A stretch of DNA of 64,000 nucleotides from Paraspadella gotoi (GCA_051294375.1 CM119264.1:20612248-20676247), one strand, 5' to 3'; positions 39,033 to 61,811 are shown, counted from the first letter of the stretch. Notes: generated by a model from the letters alone, not told the origin. Translations and numbers: made by a program.

Positions 39033-40757
39033 ACATATTGAAATATTAAAATTTTTTTGTGCAGAGGAAGAGAGAGAGAGAGAGAGGGGGTAAAAGTTTT
39101 CAAACAAAGTGGTGAGACAGAATAGTGGTCAGATGTGAGGACAGGATGAAGGTTAGGACAGATTGAGTGAGTTGTGAAAAAGAAGTGAAACTTGTTAGAG
39201 AGAGAGTGAGAGAGAGAGAAACAACAGGGATAAATAAAAATAAAGATACAATGTGCAATGTGCAACAGAGAATATAATTTTAAAAAAACTAAATGTTAGT
39301 GAAATTTAACAATTACCTAAAGAATAAATATCATCGTATCAATAATCAATTTCTATTAAATCAATCGATTACTATTATATCAATCAATTACTATTACATC
39401 AATCAATCAATTATTATTACATCAATCATTCGTTAGCGCATCAATCATTCTTTTTTTTTCCGCATTTTTTCCGTAATTTTTTTTTATATTAACATCTGGC
39501 AATATAATTATTCTTTTAAGATTTTTTTCGGTTTGATTTGCTTAGATTAAATAATGACGGCTTTTCGGGTTGTGTTCCCCTCTTTTTTCAAAATATCTTG
39601 TTTTCTTTTATTACAGCCAACTCCTTAAAGAATTGATGTTCATCTGCTAGCGAATTTACTAATTACGGGAGTTCCTGTTAACATGGTTTTATTTCCGTGA
39701 TTTTCTTTCGGCATATTCCTTTTTTTTCTCTCTTTTGAGAATCGGCCTCGCCTCCTTTCTTTTTCCTCATCTCTCTCGTTCTCTCTTTCCGTCGGGAAAT
39801 TCAAGGCGAATTTGTCGCGGATTGAATTTGTGTTTTGATTCTCTGCTTGGAAAGCAATTAAGGGGTCTTAATCTCGATCGGGATTCACGTCCAATTTGCT
39901 TCCCTCTTCTCTTTCGTCTAGCAAAAGGTTTTCTCTCTCTTTCTCTCTCCTGCTTTTATCAGCGAATTTTAATCAATCACTACGACCTTACCCTCTGGTA
40001 CGACCTACAGAAATTGAGTTTAAAGACGATCGTTGCAAATCGGGACGTGACCTTAAATCAACAACAACAACAAAAACTTGAAACCAACTGTACAGAACAT
40101 TTAATGGAGGGACGACGACGAACAACATCCCGTCCTTGATCTGTCGTTTTTTTTTCAAAGCTCAGAATTATCTCGTCTTCCTTCGAGAGAACGACTGAGA
40201 GCTAGTTTGCGAAAACTGGAGAGAGACGGATGTTGAGAGGGGAGAAGGGAGGGCAAATCATACTGCTACGATAACGACGAAGATCAAAACGACGACGACC
40301 GTAGATCGACTCGAGACAGCCTTCTCTGCCTCCGGCAACCCCATCCCTCCCCCCTTGCCTTTTTTTCTCACCCCCTCCCCCTTAGCAAAGGCTTGATGAT
40401 TTGTTTGGCTTCATTTCTAATTAGCGTCGTTCGAAGATCAAGAGGAAAAAAAAACGAAATAAGGGGAATAGAGAGAGGAGGTGGATGGGAGGTATTAAAA
40501 GAAAGGAAACGGAGAGAGTTGAGGGAAGTAAGGTGGAAAGTTTGAAATGGATTAATTAATTAGTACGATAGTATAGGGGGCTGTAAGAAAAACGATTTGT
40601 ATAACTAACAATTTGTGTAAAACGGCACAGGGATCTGAAAGAAATAAATGTACGCGCAAATGGGCATAATGGAACAAAAATGAATAATATGAAAGTATGA
40701 AAGTAATCATACTGTGGTCACTGTTAGCTATTGGTTATGCATAAGTATTTATCAAGC

Positions 40758-49319
<8,562 letters not shown>

Positions 49320-51018
49320 AAAAATACCTTTGAATAGTTAAATCTTTTTTTTATTAGCATCGGATACTTTTTTTTCGAAAGTTGTTAAGTTACTTTACTG
49401 AATATTAAAATGAAATTTACAGTAACTAATACGTACGTAGTACGCAATAAGAAGAAAAAAGAGAAAAAATGGAGGAGAGAGAGAAAAGTGATGGAGGTAG
49501 AACTGAAAGGAGAGCGCGCAAAATCCAAAAGCAAAAGTGAGAGCGAATGAGTTCGTAATTCTTCTAGTTAAGTATCCACCCCTTCATCATTTTCTTCCCA
49601 CTTCGTGACCCCCTGGGGTGGAAGCAATGACCCCGGGTTCAGTAGGGGTCGGTAGCCTCATAATTTTTTTCGCGTCGTTTTCTACAAAAATCGGATTTGC
49701 ACGAGTGATGTTCACATAGTAACGACGACTAGATAACCTTCTAAATAAGAAATGTTCTCAATAGTTCTAAAAAATGTAAGTACGAAAGCTTACGAGCTCT
49801 CGCGGATTTAACCATAGATTGATACAACGAAACGAAACTCATTAATGGTGGAAAAACAGTTATCCTGAACACCCTTAATCTGTGTGGAGAAAGCCTCTGA
49901 GGGGAGAATTAAAAATAACGAGCAATCAATTATTGATCTTACGAAATCAAAGTCAGGCTCCGCCCACCGCAGAACCAAATTCTGACCTTTGCCCCGGCTT
50001 CTCTTTCCCTCTCTCCTTCTCATCCTCGTCTTCATTGCTCCCCTTCCTCTTTCCTCCGCCCGCAAGACCAAGTGTCTTGCCAGGAGTCAGCTGTCAATAC
50101 TCGTTGCCTTTTCCCGTTTCAATCTCCATCAAGGAAAAAAACTTGGAAAGAGTTGTAGCGATGGCATGTCCAATTTTTCTATACTTGCACTTTTGAAAAA
50201 TATTAATAAATTCTTACCTGTCTCGAATCAGTCTTCTCAGTTCTGATGACGGAAGATATCAGTTTTTTTTTCGGTAATGGTTAACTATTAGTGGAGGTGG
50301 TCGAGATAATTATAATCAGGATCTCCACTTAATGTAAATTAATTTTCGTATTTACTGAATGCAATTTTTAAAACGAAACTATGGAGAGAAGCGAAGTTTA
50401 GTAGTTTAACGATTTTTTAAATAAGAAGAAACTATTTCTATGTAAATTTTAAAAAAATGTTTTAGCTAAAATTAGTCTTTTCAGCTTTCTGAAAGTTAAA
50501 ATGTAATGCATTAAAATCGATAACTACTTTTTTTGTGACATAGACAACAGAAAATTATTCTCGAATATCGACTTCTTATAATGAAACAAGGACAATTCTC
50601 TTATCATTATATGAAAATATTTCTATTTTTAATTCTCTTTTTCTATAGTCTCCTACTTTACAATCTATATTTGAGCTTGTTTTCATTCATTTTTTTTACA
50701 AAAAAATCGTTAATCAATTTAGTAATTACTTCGAGCGTTTTGTTAGCTTTATCGTAATCATCATCGTCATCGTCGTCATCCTGTCTTCTCGGGTTCGCCA
50801 TCTTTTTTGCCTCCCCGTTTCATCGACGTCCCAACTCGACTCAATCCATTGAACCGAAGCGAGAGTAAAAATGAAGCCGTCAGCCTTGAAACGAATTTCC
50901 TCCTTTTTTTTTGAATCGGAGGAGAGAAACGCGAAAATCTCCGACTCTAGAAAAAACTAATGTATATTCGCCTCGGACCTTCTATTGGCTACTGTGCTAA
51001 CGATATGCGCTAGTATGA

Positions 51019-51123
<105 letters not shown>

Positions 51124-52048
51124 AACCTCAAACGGCCCGCCATTTCCTTTTCGCTCCCCGATTGTTCACGCGATCAACTTCCAAGTGGCAACAATGCGAA
51201 GTCTTTGTGTCGTCTCGTCGTTTCGTCGTCGTCGTCGTCGTCGTCTCGACTCCGTGGATGGATTTCCCTTCCTCTCCCTGCATACAGATGGCTCCCTCCT
51301 CTCTTTCGCTTTCATTTCTTTGCTCCTTTCGAGCCTCTCGCCTTTTCCAGTGCACATTCTCTTTCATTTTCATTACAATACTGTCTAATATAGAATACTC
51401 GTTTTTTAAACCGATGATATTCTATACGATATAACTATAATTCGACCTTTCTCGCCTTAAACAAAATGAGAGAAAAAACAAAAGAATCCTTTTTGAGAAA
51501 GATAATTAATCTTAACCAACATCTACATTCTACAACGAGGACCAATTAATGCGAGTGGACGCCGAATCGTCTTCTATGTTATTTTTTTATTTTTTCATTA
51601 TCTTTAATGTTAGGGATACACTTTCAATTGTCGTCGTTTTCTTCTTCGATCGTCTTTTTCTTTGTCGTCGTCGTCTTCTGTTGTTATGACGTCGTTCTAA
51701 TGTTTTCAGCGACAGAGAAGATTATCCTTCATCTTCCCATCGTCTCTTCACTCACATTTCAATTGAACCGGAGCTTTTTTAGTTTTTTCTTCTAAAAGAA
51801 AAACCTTAGTATCGCATGCTAATAGTTTGTTAGTATGCAGGTTTGTAAGTTTATGTTAGCATATATCTGTATTCGTTGTACAATCACTGTTTTTTAATAT
51901 TGATCTCGGCGTTAAATCTTTTATTTGTTTTTTCTTCCGTTGCTCATTTATTTTGTTTTGGTGCCCAAAAAACCTTGACCGTAACTCTATTTCAATTGTT
52001 AAAACTCCGATTAAATATTGACCGAGCAAGGTTACAGTTTTTTTAGTA

Positions 52049-54427
52049 GTGGAGGTGGTCGAGTTAAAAATGGCGAACAAAATTAGATGAATCGATTTAT
52101 TGAAATCAGAAAAGCGAATGGAATCGAATTGGCAAATTGTACAAAGTGGAATTCATTTTTATAGATCGAGAAACTTTGGTTACATTGGTAAGAATTGGTA
52201 AGAATTCAAAATAATTTCTTATCGGCCAATAAAATTTCTTTTCTTGGGTTAAACAAAAGGTGCTGATTGCAAATAGTGAAATCAAATATTTTGACATCGT
52301 GGTTCCTTTTTTTTACTCAAATAATTATTCTACACATAGCAACAAATGTGCCCGATGAGCGCTCACTTAGTCAACAACTAAATCACAATAATTAAAATTT
52401 TAAAAATGCGATCATCAAAGTTTTTAGAAGAGAAGACGAAGACGATTCTGAGATGGAGTCGTCATCGCCGTTGTTATTGTTGCGGTTGACTGGACCAACT
52501 TGCGCAGAGCTTAACGTGGATGGGCTTCTTGAGGTGGAACACACGAGATCTTCTCCAGCAAAAACTTTTCCGTTGCCGGTCTGACAGATGGAGAATTCTG
52601 CCAGGCGGCAGGCGTGACGATTTGCTTGACATCTAAACGGACCAGTTTGACAATACAGTTTTCTCCAGAATCTGGAGATGCTCTCCAAGCCAGCCTCTAT
52701 GCGGACCAAGTCATCAGAATCCAGAGTGGCATCTTCTCTGTTTTTATTCCAGTCCAGGCAGTTGCAGACGATGCCTGGATGCGGTGAGAATGGCGTCTCC
52801 CCGCTCCTGCCGCGTTTGCTGACGATGCTTGACGCGTGCAGCAGGTGATCAAAGTGGGTTTTCTTTGGCGTAACCAACCAATCTTTGACACGATCGTCCG
52901 GGCCGCGATCGATTTGTTGACGCAATCCAGTGTCCATCTGTCTACAAAGGAAGTGATGAACTGTGGAATCACTTGCCGGTAAGGTCAATTCAATGTGCCT
53001 GACACTCCCAGCCCGAAGTCGGATCTCGGCTGGACCTCACTCCCCGTCTGCAGGGTTGATATGGAACTTAGTTCCATATGATGGTGCTTTTGGACGCCAT
53101 TCCAAATTGTCTGAAGCGACCACCGATGAACAGAGTTCATGACTGATGACGTTTAAAATAGAAGTCTCAATGACGGAATGATGATAAAGAATTTGATTCT
53201 TGACATCTTACTGCTTGAACCCGTAGCCGAATCCACCCAGAGACGAATGTGGGTTGACTGTTTGTGATGAAGGTCTCCCATAACTTTGACGGGCTGCCTC
53301 GTCCACCACCAGCCCACAGAGAGATGTGAGTCAAAACGAAATTGACTGCCGCGGTCCTCCTTTGGTGACAGAATTGTCAATCTGACGCGCATCCACAATC
53401 CACGCAACTCATTTTTAAAGTCTCTCATTTACAATCAGGAAATGACAATAATCAATACAGAAAAAACTTTGCGCTCTCCATTACTATTTTTACACAGTAT
53501 GAAAAATTTTAAAGGAACAACTAATGTTTTTAAAAAAAAATTCAATTATTGTGCAAAGAATCTAAACTGCTGATTATCATTATGTGACAATATTAATTTT
53601 TTCTCTCAACAGAGTGATCACCTTGTTCACTTTTCCGTTCACCTCTCAGTCCAACACTGACGTGGCGACTGCAGATGACGGACCTGATAGCAGATGATGC
53701 TGTAGACTTCGGAGATTGCGCCAGGGATCGGGGATGGGGTCAAAAAGAGGAGGATGGGGATCTGTGGCCCAGAGGACACTTCCCTTGCTTTAATGTGTAA
53801 ATCCATTCTAGCTGTTAAAAATTTTGTCAGGTTCTTAACATCAAGAAAGATAAACAAATCAAAGCAGTTGTAAAACGTCACCTACCAAAAATTGACCAGT
53901 TTTTCAGCTTCCAGTTCTGTTCACAACTTCAGGAGTGAGAGAAAAACACAATAATAATAATTTATGCGATCACTTCACAAAACGTATTTTACGGAAAATT
54001 TTCTAGATTTTCCGTTAAAAAGTTTTAAAAAATCGGACTTTTTGAGCAAAAAACAGCGCGAAAAACTGATGAAATTGTAGCTTTGTTGTTTCTTTGTCGG
54101 AGGCTCGCCAAAAAAGACATCAAATGGAGGTTGAATCCCACCTCGGAAAGGTGGGACTCACCGCTGCCACCAAGTGGAGGTGGTCAAGATAAAAATGGCG
54201 AACAAAATGAGATGAATCGATTTATTGAAATCAGAAAAGCGAATGGAATCGAATTGGCTAATGGTACAAAGTGGAATTAATTTTTATATATAGAGAAACT
54301 TTGGTTACATTGGTAAACAAACAATAAAAAAAAATCAAAATAATTTCTTATCAGACAACGGAATTTCTAAAGAATTCGTCTGGCGATTTTATTTTCTTTC
54401 TTATATAATAATACTCAGGATCTCCAC
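52049..54427. mobile_element. Composite TIR element (GTGGAG...CTCCAC) with duplicated left end and internal ORF-like cargo
   Basis: The ~180-bp left end at 52049 is repeated directly at 54174. The right end CAGGATCTCCAC-TTA is at 54427. A 38-bp miniature with both ends and TTA flanks lies at 50291-50328. Confidence 0.6.
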
Positions 54428-54599
54428 TTAGTGAAATGAGAAATTGAGATTTCATTGTAATTAATCTATATAATTTTAATTAAGCTAATTTCAAAATTTG
54501 TGTCTGAAATTTATTACAATTTAATTTAATATTAAATATATTACAAATATAGAATTGTCTTAGGTTATCTTCTTTGACTTATTCGTTTCTTGATTGTTT

Positions 54600-54920
54600 T
54601 TTAACATGACCATCAGATATCCATCGACTCTTAACTGCAGTTTTTACTCCTTCTGACTTGGAAACCACCCCCCCCTCTAGGTTCCTTACATCAATTGCTC
54701 AAAACTAGTCTGCCGACTTTTTTTTATTACAACGGACCATTTCAGCATCCTGGACCCCGCTCCCCGTACTGATTATTCTCCATCCCTTCCTTCAATTTTC
54801 TGCTCTTCTCACCCTCTTCCCTCCACTCTACGCCCCCGCAATCGTGGCTGCGACGCAAAGCCTTTTAAATCTCCATTGGTCTCCGGTCCTGCATACAGAT
54901 GGTCTTTTATTCCTCAACCA
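54600..54920 (-). pseudogene. Decayed collagen Gly-X-Y-like remnant
   Basis: Across frameshifts and stops it reads TICMQ..GP..LRGRR..GEK..IEGRDGE..GERGP..PRG..GF..QK..VDGY. CCATCTGTATGCAGG is shared with ~51277-51291 (ICMQGEEG). Confidence 0.3.
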
Positions 54921-55740
54921 CATCATGAGCGTCATTTTGATTATTCGTCGTTTCATCATTTCGCCGTTAGGAGCGCTCGCGAATCGACGCTCGAACGAGT
55001 TCGAACGACTTCGGAGAAGAAAAGAAAACTTTGGGGAAAAATTAAAAAGAAATATGTAAGAAAATGGGAAGAAAATGAAAAAATAAAAAATAAAAAGAAA
55101 AGAAATAAAAACATTTTCGAAAAGATTGATTTGGTTTCCGGAAAGTAGAATTGAAATTGGTCGTCAAGTTGACGATAAGCATAAATTAAGGTCTTTCTCT
55201 CATACCATAGCTGATTCGACCTCAGCAATACGCCAAAGTTGATAGGTAAGAGTCGTTGAGAAACACTTAAAAGAGAGAAAAAAAAAGAAACGAGAGAAGC
55301 GATTACGAATGATGTTGAATTATTTATTTTAGAATCGACAACCTGAAAATATTCTCTCTCTCTCTTTCTCTCTCTCTCTGTGCCTCTCTCTCTCTCTGTG
55401 TCTCTCTAACTCTACTTACCCTTTTCGTCTCTAGCTCTCAAACCAGTCGCTTATTGGATAAAAATGCGAAATGACCTTCTCTTAATAAACGACCCCGGCG
55501 ACCCCGGGCGACCCCGCCGACCGGGAGAACTTTGACCTCTCGATTCGCGTCTCCCGCGTGTGAGTGACACTCCGAGGGGGACGTGTATCGACCGCGCGGG
55601 GAAACGACGACGATCGCGACGATGATGACGATAACGATCGCGATGACGCTGATGAAGGCGACGACGTCGACAACTATCGACTCTACCAATAAAAAACAAG
55701 TTTGAGCAAACAATGTCGGATCTGCCCACGATCATTATCG

Positions 55741-56375
55741 GTAATTAATTAATTAATTAATTGCCTAATTAATTAAATAATTAACTTGAATAAATTAATT
55801 ATTAATTAATTAATTAATTAATTAAATAAATAATTACATAATTACTTACTTAATTATTTAATTAATTAAGTAATTAATTAATTTATTAATTAATTAATTA
55901 ATTAATATTAATTATTTTGTAGTCGGGCATTGCCTATAAGCATGACTCTTTCAGTTGTGACCCGGTGGCTCATTGAGTAAAGCCATCAGCTCATGACCAC
56001 TAGGTACTGGGTTCAATCCCAACCCGGTACCTACCCTGCGGGAAGAGTGAGGACGGCCGTAAGCCGCCTTGGGGGCGTGGCAAACCCTCAAGCCTGGTTC
56101 CAAGTCCAGGACCCGTTCCATGTCTGCAAGAGGGGGTTATAGAAGTTACGGATAGTCATCTTCTGCCCACTTAGCGCCTTATCCACAATTTATTAATTAA
56201 TAATTAATTTATTCAAGTTAATTATTTAATTAATTGGGAAATTAATTAATTAATTAATTAATTAATAATTAATTTATTCAAGTTAATTATTTAATTAATT
56301 AGGCAATTAATTAATTAATTTGATCTAAAATCAATGATTAATTGACTGATTAATTAATTATTTGATTAATTAATA
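55741..56375. repeat. (TAAT)n arrays in inverted arrangement (foldback-like) flanking the SINE
   Basis: TTGCCTAATTAATTAAATAATTAACTTGAATAAATT (~55761) is the exact reverse complement of the sequence at ~56271-56306. Confidence 0.7.
55959..56188 (+). mobile_element. tRNA-derived SINE
   Basis: A-box-like TGGCTCATTGAG, B-box GGTTCAATCCC, CTCATGA anticodon-like loop, then ~160 bp GC-rich body. The acceptor stem does not close. A fragment of the body (GTACCTACCC.GCGG) occurs reversed at ~3283-3306. Confidence 0.65.
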
Positions 56376-56651
56376 GATCTTGCATTTACGTTTAAAATAA
56401 AAAGAAAAAGAAGCATAATCAATTAGTGAAACACGTTCTTTGTTTTTTCCATTTAAACTCATTTCCACTCAAACATTCCATCGAAACTTGATTTCCAGTT
56501 TAATCACACACTTTTCTACCCAAATACAAAATTTCAAGTCAATCGCCCCATCCACTCAAGAGTAATTGGTGTTCAAATAGTGAAATATATTTTTTTGTTT
56601 TTTCCATTTCAATGCATTTCCACTTGGACGATTCCATCGAAACTTCATATA

Positions 56652-57506
56652 CATGGTGACAATTTTACAAGCGCCGATAAAAAAACGCTGTTATTTGCAA
56701 ACTAGTGGTTATTTAATTGATTTTAAAAATTAGTTGAGTAGTAAATATTAAAGTCATTTATGTGTTCAAATTTTATATTTATCAGTAAAGATATGCCCTG
56801 ACAATGAATGGAGAAAGTTGGCTTGTAAAATCGGGTTTCAGAATGATATACTTACGAAAGCTCTAATATAAAAATTAAGCTGCCCAGCCTTGGACCAATT
56901 AAGTTCAATTAAGAGAGTCAAAAGTGAATTATCTGAAATTTTAAATCTTTTTTTAAAATATATAACCTGTTTAAATAATTATAACCTAAAATATTATTAT
57001 TTATATAAGTATCATGAAAGAGCCTGAAAAAAAGAGATTTAAGATAGCCAATCACAATTTGATAAAAATCCTAAATTTACCCTCCAGCCATTGATTTTTG
57101 GAAAGATGTCTTGTTTTTGAGTATACTAATTAAATTAAAGCTGGGCCGGTTAATCTTTATACAACAGTGTTTGTAACTTTGTAAGTATGTCATTCTCTTT
57201 AGATTTGAAAGGGCTTTCAGAAGATAATAATATTAATATTATTTTATTTCAAATTTCTTCAGAAACCTTACTGAAAGTAAAGAAAAAAATTTAATCTAAA
57301 AGAAGTGAGTTGGAAAATGAAACCCGATTTTACAAGCCAACTTTCTCCACTCATTGTCAAGGCATATCTTAACTGATCAATATAAAATTTGAACACAGAA
57401 ATGACTTTAATATTTTTTACTCAATTAATTTTTAAAATCAATGAAATAACCACTGGTTTGCAAATGACAGCGTTTTTTTACCGGCGCTTGTAAAATTGTC
57501 ACCATG
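56652..57506. mobile_element. Tc1/mariner-type MITE with ~190-bp TIRs and TA TSD
   Basis: TA-CATGGTGACAATTTTACAAGCGCCG...CGGCGCTTGTAAAATTGTCACCATG-TA; 56652-56840 is the reverse complement of 57319-57506. Confidence 0.85.
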
Positions 57507-60500
57507 TACAGCTCAATCACACACTTCCTTACCCACACACAAAATTTCATTCCAATCCCTCAATCCAATCACGAGTAATTGGTGTTTTTTGCTAAGGTGG
57601 AACGGACGGATGGACGGACGGACAAAAAGACAGACTGACGGACGGACATCGTTTTTTTTTGCATAATTTATCATAATTCAATGTTCTGACATGATATAAG
57701 TGAGTGCCCGACAATATTGAGGGGGCGGACTGATGGACCGACAAAGTGAATTATAGAGTCGTGATCTGCTGAAAGCAGATCCGACTAAAAATAATCAGAA
57801 TTTTTTAAAAAACGAATGTTCACGAAAGAGATCGTACTGAGAGAGACAGACACACGGAGAGAGCGGAGAGAGACGGAGAGAGAGAGAAAGAGAGAGAGCC
57901 TGAACTCGTTTTTAAATGATTCAGAAAAGGCAGCGCCTGATTAAATCACACACTTCCCTACCCACACACAAAATTTCATTCCAATCCATCCTTCCAATCA
58001 CGAGTAATTGGTGTTTTTTGCTAAGGTGGGACAGACAGACGGACGGACGGACATCGTTTTTTTTTTTTTTTGCATAATTTATCATAATTCGATGTTCTGA
58101 CATGATATAAGTGAATGCCCGACAAGATTGAGGGGGCGGACCGACGGACCGACAAAGTGAATTATAGAGTCGGAATCTGCTGAAATCAGATCCGACTAAA
58201 AAGGACCAAGACGGTGACGCCGAAGATCACGACGACCTAAACGGTCTGGGTTGCGTGCGAAGGACGTGAAATTTGGGGAACATTAACCTGACAGATTTCT
58301 TAGCTAATAGGCTTATTGTCACTAAAACTTGCTAAGAAAATATTACTACCAAAAAACTTTTATACAAAAGGTTTTTTGGATATTGTATGGATAGCTGTTT
58401 TGGTCATTGACATCATCATGTAAATCATGCAATAGTTTATGAAATTGTACTCATAAATATATATTTTTTTGTTAGGAAGGATCAATTACAATTACAAATT
58501 CTTTTGTACCGATATAGCCAACTTGGAAAAAAAGAATAATACAGATATTGTCTACCAAAAATCATAAAAATAGAGTTGGAAACAAAGAGAAGCGACAAAA
58601 TCGGAGCAAAAGGAAAAAAAAGTTTTATTACGCCACCAAACGACAAAGAAGGAAACGAAAAGGAAAACGACCATCAATATCTCTCTCTCTCTCTCTCTCT
58701 CTCTATTTCCAAGCTTTCTTTTTTCTCAGAGTCTGTCTTTCTCTCTCTCGTTCTCTAGCCCCTTGTTTATGAAGCCACTACCGGTATCATGCATCATTAA
58801 TCTCAAGTCCGAAAATTTTCTTTCACTTCTCTCACGGAAAACAGAAAACGAGAAAAAAAGGATCAGTGTGGCTTTTCACTTTCCCAAATCTCTGCATTTT
58901 TCATCTCGCGCTTTGCATTTCCCTTTTCTTATTCTCTTTTTATCTCGCCAAGACAGGCCAGGCTTCTTTGTGACGTAGCCGTCGTCGTCGTTGTCGTCGG
59001 CGTCACGCTGTTTTTATATAAAAACTACAACGCTTTTATAGTTTTGGCTGGGACTTACCATTTTTTTTAAATAAAAATTATTATAAATTACGATGAAGTT
59101 TTATAAATGTGTGCGATCGTAGTAAGTTAAAAATTTAGGTATGGCTTTGAAATTTTTATATTACATTTGGATTCAAGTATTTTTTGTTTGAATTTCGTAT
59201 TCTTTATGATTTACTGCAATATGCAAATGAGATTATAGTACTCATTATAATATCAAATTAGAATATAGAAATGCTTTAATCTAATTTACATATTGCAGTA
59301 AATCATATTGAAGATGAAATTCATAAATTTTTTTTGAATGTATAAAAAACATGGGAAATCAAAAGACCTTTTTAATGAGAAGCTATATCTGAATTTTAAT
59401 ACAAATAAAATAAAAACGAGTTCAGGCTCTCTCTCCGTCTCTCTCCGTCTCTCTCCGTCTCTCTCTGTCTCTCTCTGTGTGTGTCTGTTTTTTTATCGCC
59501 ATTTATTCCCCGTTTTTTAGTATTACAGACCTACACAAGCATCTCAGACGAAAAATGGTATTAAGCAAATACTTTGGCTTTATTGTATAAATGCTAGCAA
59601 TCCGTTCCTGGTCTCAAAAAATTGTTATCAAAGATATAAATAATAAAATAAGCAAATAGCATATTTAATACTGATTTCATTGCCAGAGGAAGTCTCTGTC
59701 TAATGTTGTTGATCGAAAAAAAATTATATTTTTTTTTCACAATTTGAATATGCCAGATTGTATGCTATATTCCGATCATTTTTTTACTACCTATTTTTGC
59801 AGGTTTAAGGTTTAACTGCCAAACAATGTATCTAGTTATCAAGTTTAATTAGTGAGGCAGTGAGGAAGTTGAAATGTCAGGCCATTTTCTTAGTTTCATA
59901 TCGATTCAAGTATTTTTTGTTTGAATTTCAACTTCATTATGATTTACTGCAATATGCAAATTATATTATAGTACTTTTTCATAATATTATTCCTTGGCGA
60001 GATCCTTATTACTTTTAAGATTTTTTTTCATCGTTTTCTTGTAGCTCGCATATTCGTTTTTACTTTTTTTTTACCTTTTTCTTCCTCCGCACTCCTCTTC
60101 ACTCTGCTATTAATTTCAAATATATATCTTATATATTATTTGCTAGTTAATCGATTGAAGTTGTTATAATTTTTATATTTCCCCCCTCGGCCTTAGGTTT
60201 TGTTTCTGAATCGTTGTGACCTCGTCATCGTTAGGCCTGTTTTTTGTAACTCTCAGAATAAGAAACCAAAAGAATAAATTCGAGGGAAAACATTTTTAGC
60301 ATAGCATTTACTGATCTAATAAGCTCCATATCCTATTAATTTTAACTTATAATCCTCGAACAGACAGAGTACTTTTTCTTAGCTCCCCAGTTGGGCGTCG
60401 ATTCCACGAATCCAGTGACACCAGGGAACCATCTACAAACACCTTCAGCGTCGCCTCCCCGGTTCTTCCTCGATCCCAAGGACATAACACCATGCACCAT

Positions 60501-60587
60501 CGATTATCCGGGAAACTGCAGGCGCAGGACAGAAGCCGAGAAAAGGATATGTAGAGATTGGGCAGGAGAGAAAACCGCTCGGCCGTG

Positions 60588-60631
<44 letters not shown>

Positions 60632-61811
60632 GCTCTTCCCCCTATTCCCCTCTGTTCTCTCCATCTCCCTCTCTGTCTCTACAAAACGCGAAGCATAAAA
60701 ACATAAGAATTATTCGTCCGGTTTCTTCTCTCGTTCGCCTTCGTTCTTCTTCCTCCTTTCCTTCCTTCTTTCTCGTCGGCTTTTCCGCCAGAGCACCGGT
60801 TGATTCATAGCGCTGTCATCCGGATCGGGCGGCGGCCATCCATCTCCATGCCTACCATCATTTTCTGACAATCTTATAATAGAACCACGACGATGACCTT
60901 TTCCGACGCCTGCGGAATCGGGGGGGTCTTTATTTCGGAGCAAGCGCCGCCGGTCGGGGAGGATGGAAGGGGGAGGGGAAAGAAGGGAGACTTGGGGAAG
61001 GGGTCGAGAGAGAAAGAGAAAGAGAGGAGAGGAGAGGGAAGAGCTGGAGGTAAACTTTTTTCTTGAAATATGTGCCGTCAAAGTGGAAATAAATATGCGG
61101 TATGGGCAAAAAAGTGTTCGCTTACCTGGGTTATCCGGCGTTTAAAATTGAGATGAGTTCTTATATTTTGACATCTTGATGCGAAATTTCTTTTTAAATA
61201 GCGGTAAAATAAAGCCTCCAAAATTAATTTTAAAAAAGAAAAATGTCATTTTTTCTATCTCTGACACAATGCTGAACTGTAGCACTGTGAAACATATTCC
61301 GACACACCTGTTGTGGAAAAGATATACAAAGCTTTTAACGTAAAAAAATATTTCACTATTTCTCTCTTTCACTTTTTCTCTTGACAATGCTCTCGTCTTC
61401 ACAAAAGCGTTTTCCCGTCAAGCGGCCTTCTCCCCCATCCTCTTTCCCTTCTTCCTTCTTCTCACTCTTTCTCTATCTCACGCCAAAAAAGTTGAGGGGA
61501 GCGCATAACAAAGCGTTATCCCAATTGTCACCAGCGCAGGCGGCGGGAAGATCGTGAATTTTTTAGTCCACAGACAAAAGAACATAAAAGCAGAAGAGCG
61601 GAGGGTCACAGCTCCAACCCACAATTCCTTTTTTTTCTTTCTTTCTCCTTTTTTCCCTATTTTCTCAAAAAATCTTCTAGAGATTTTTTTTATAATCTAT
61701 TTTTTTCGTTTATTTTTCAAAGACAGTAAAATATATAATTTAAAAATTATTTTATTTCCTTATTGTCCAAATTCGATTAAATTTAAAACTTAAATTTAAA
61801 CAATTATTCTC

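Larger units (their letters stand above)
55708..57790 (+). mobile_element. Helentron-associated non-autonomous element (HINE/DINE-1-like) with nested insertions
   Basis: 5' GTCGGATCTGC (~55716) is inverted to 3' GCAGATCCGAC (~57775), which sits in a hairpin followed by an A-run. (GGAC/AGAC)n microsatellite at ~57602-57647. The 3' part is duplicated at ~57944-58203. Confidence 0.55.

Noticed and set aside
55959-56030. Functional tRNA-Met gene
   Set aside because: A and B boxes are present, but acceptor and anticodon stems do not pair and a SINE-like body follows.
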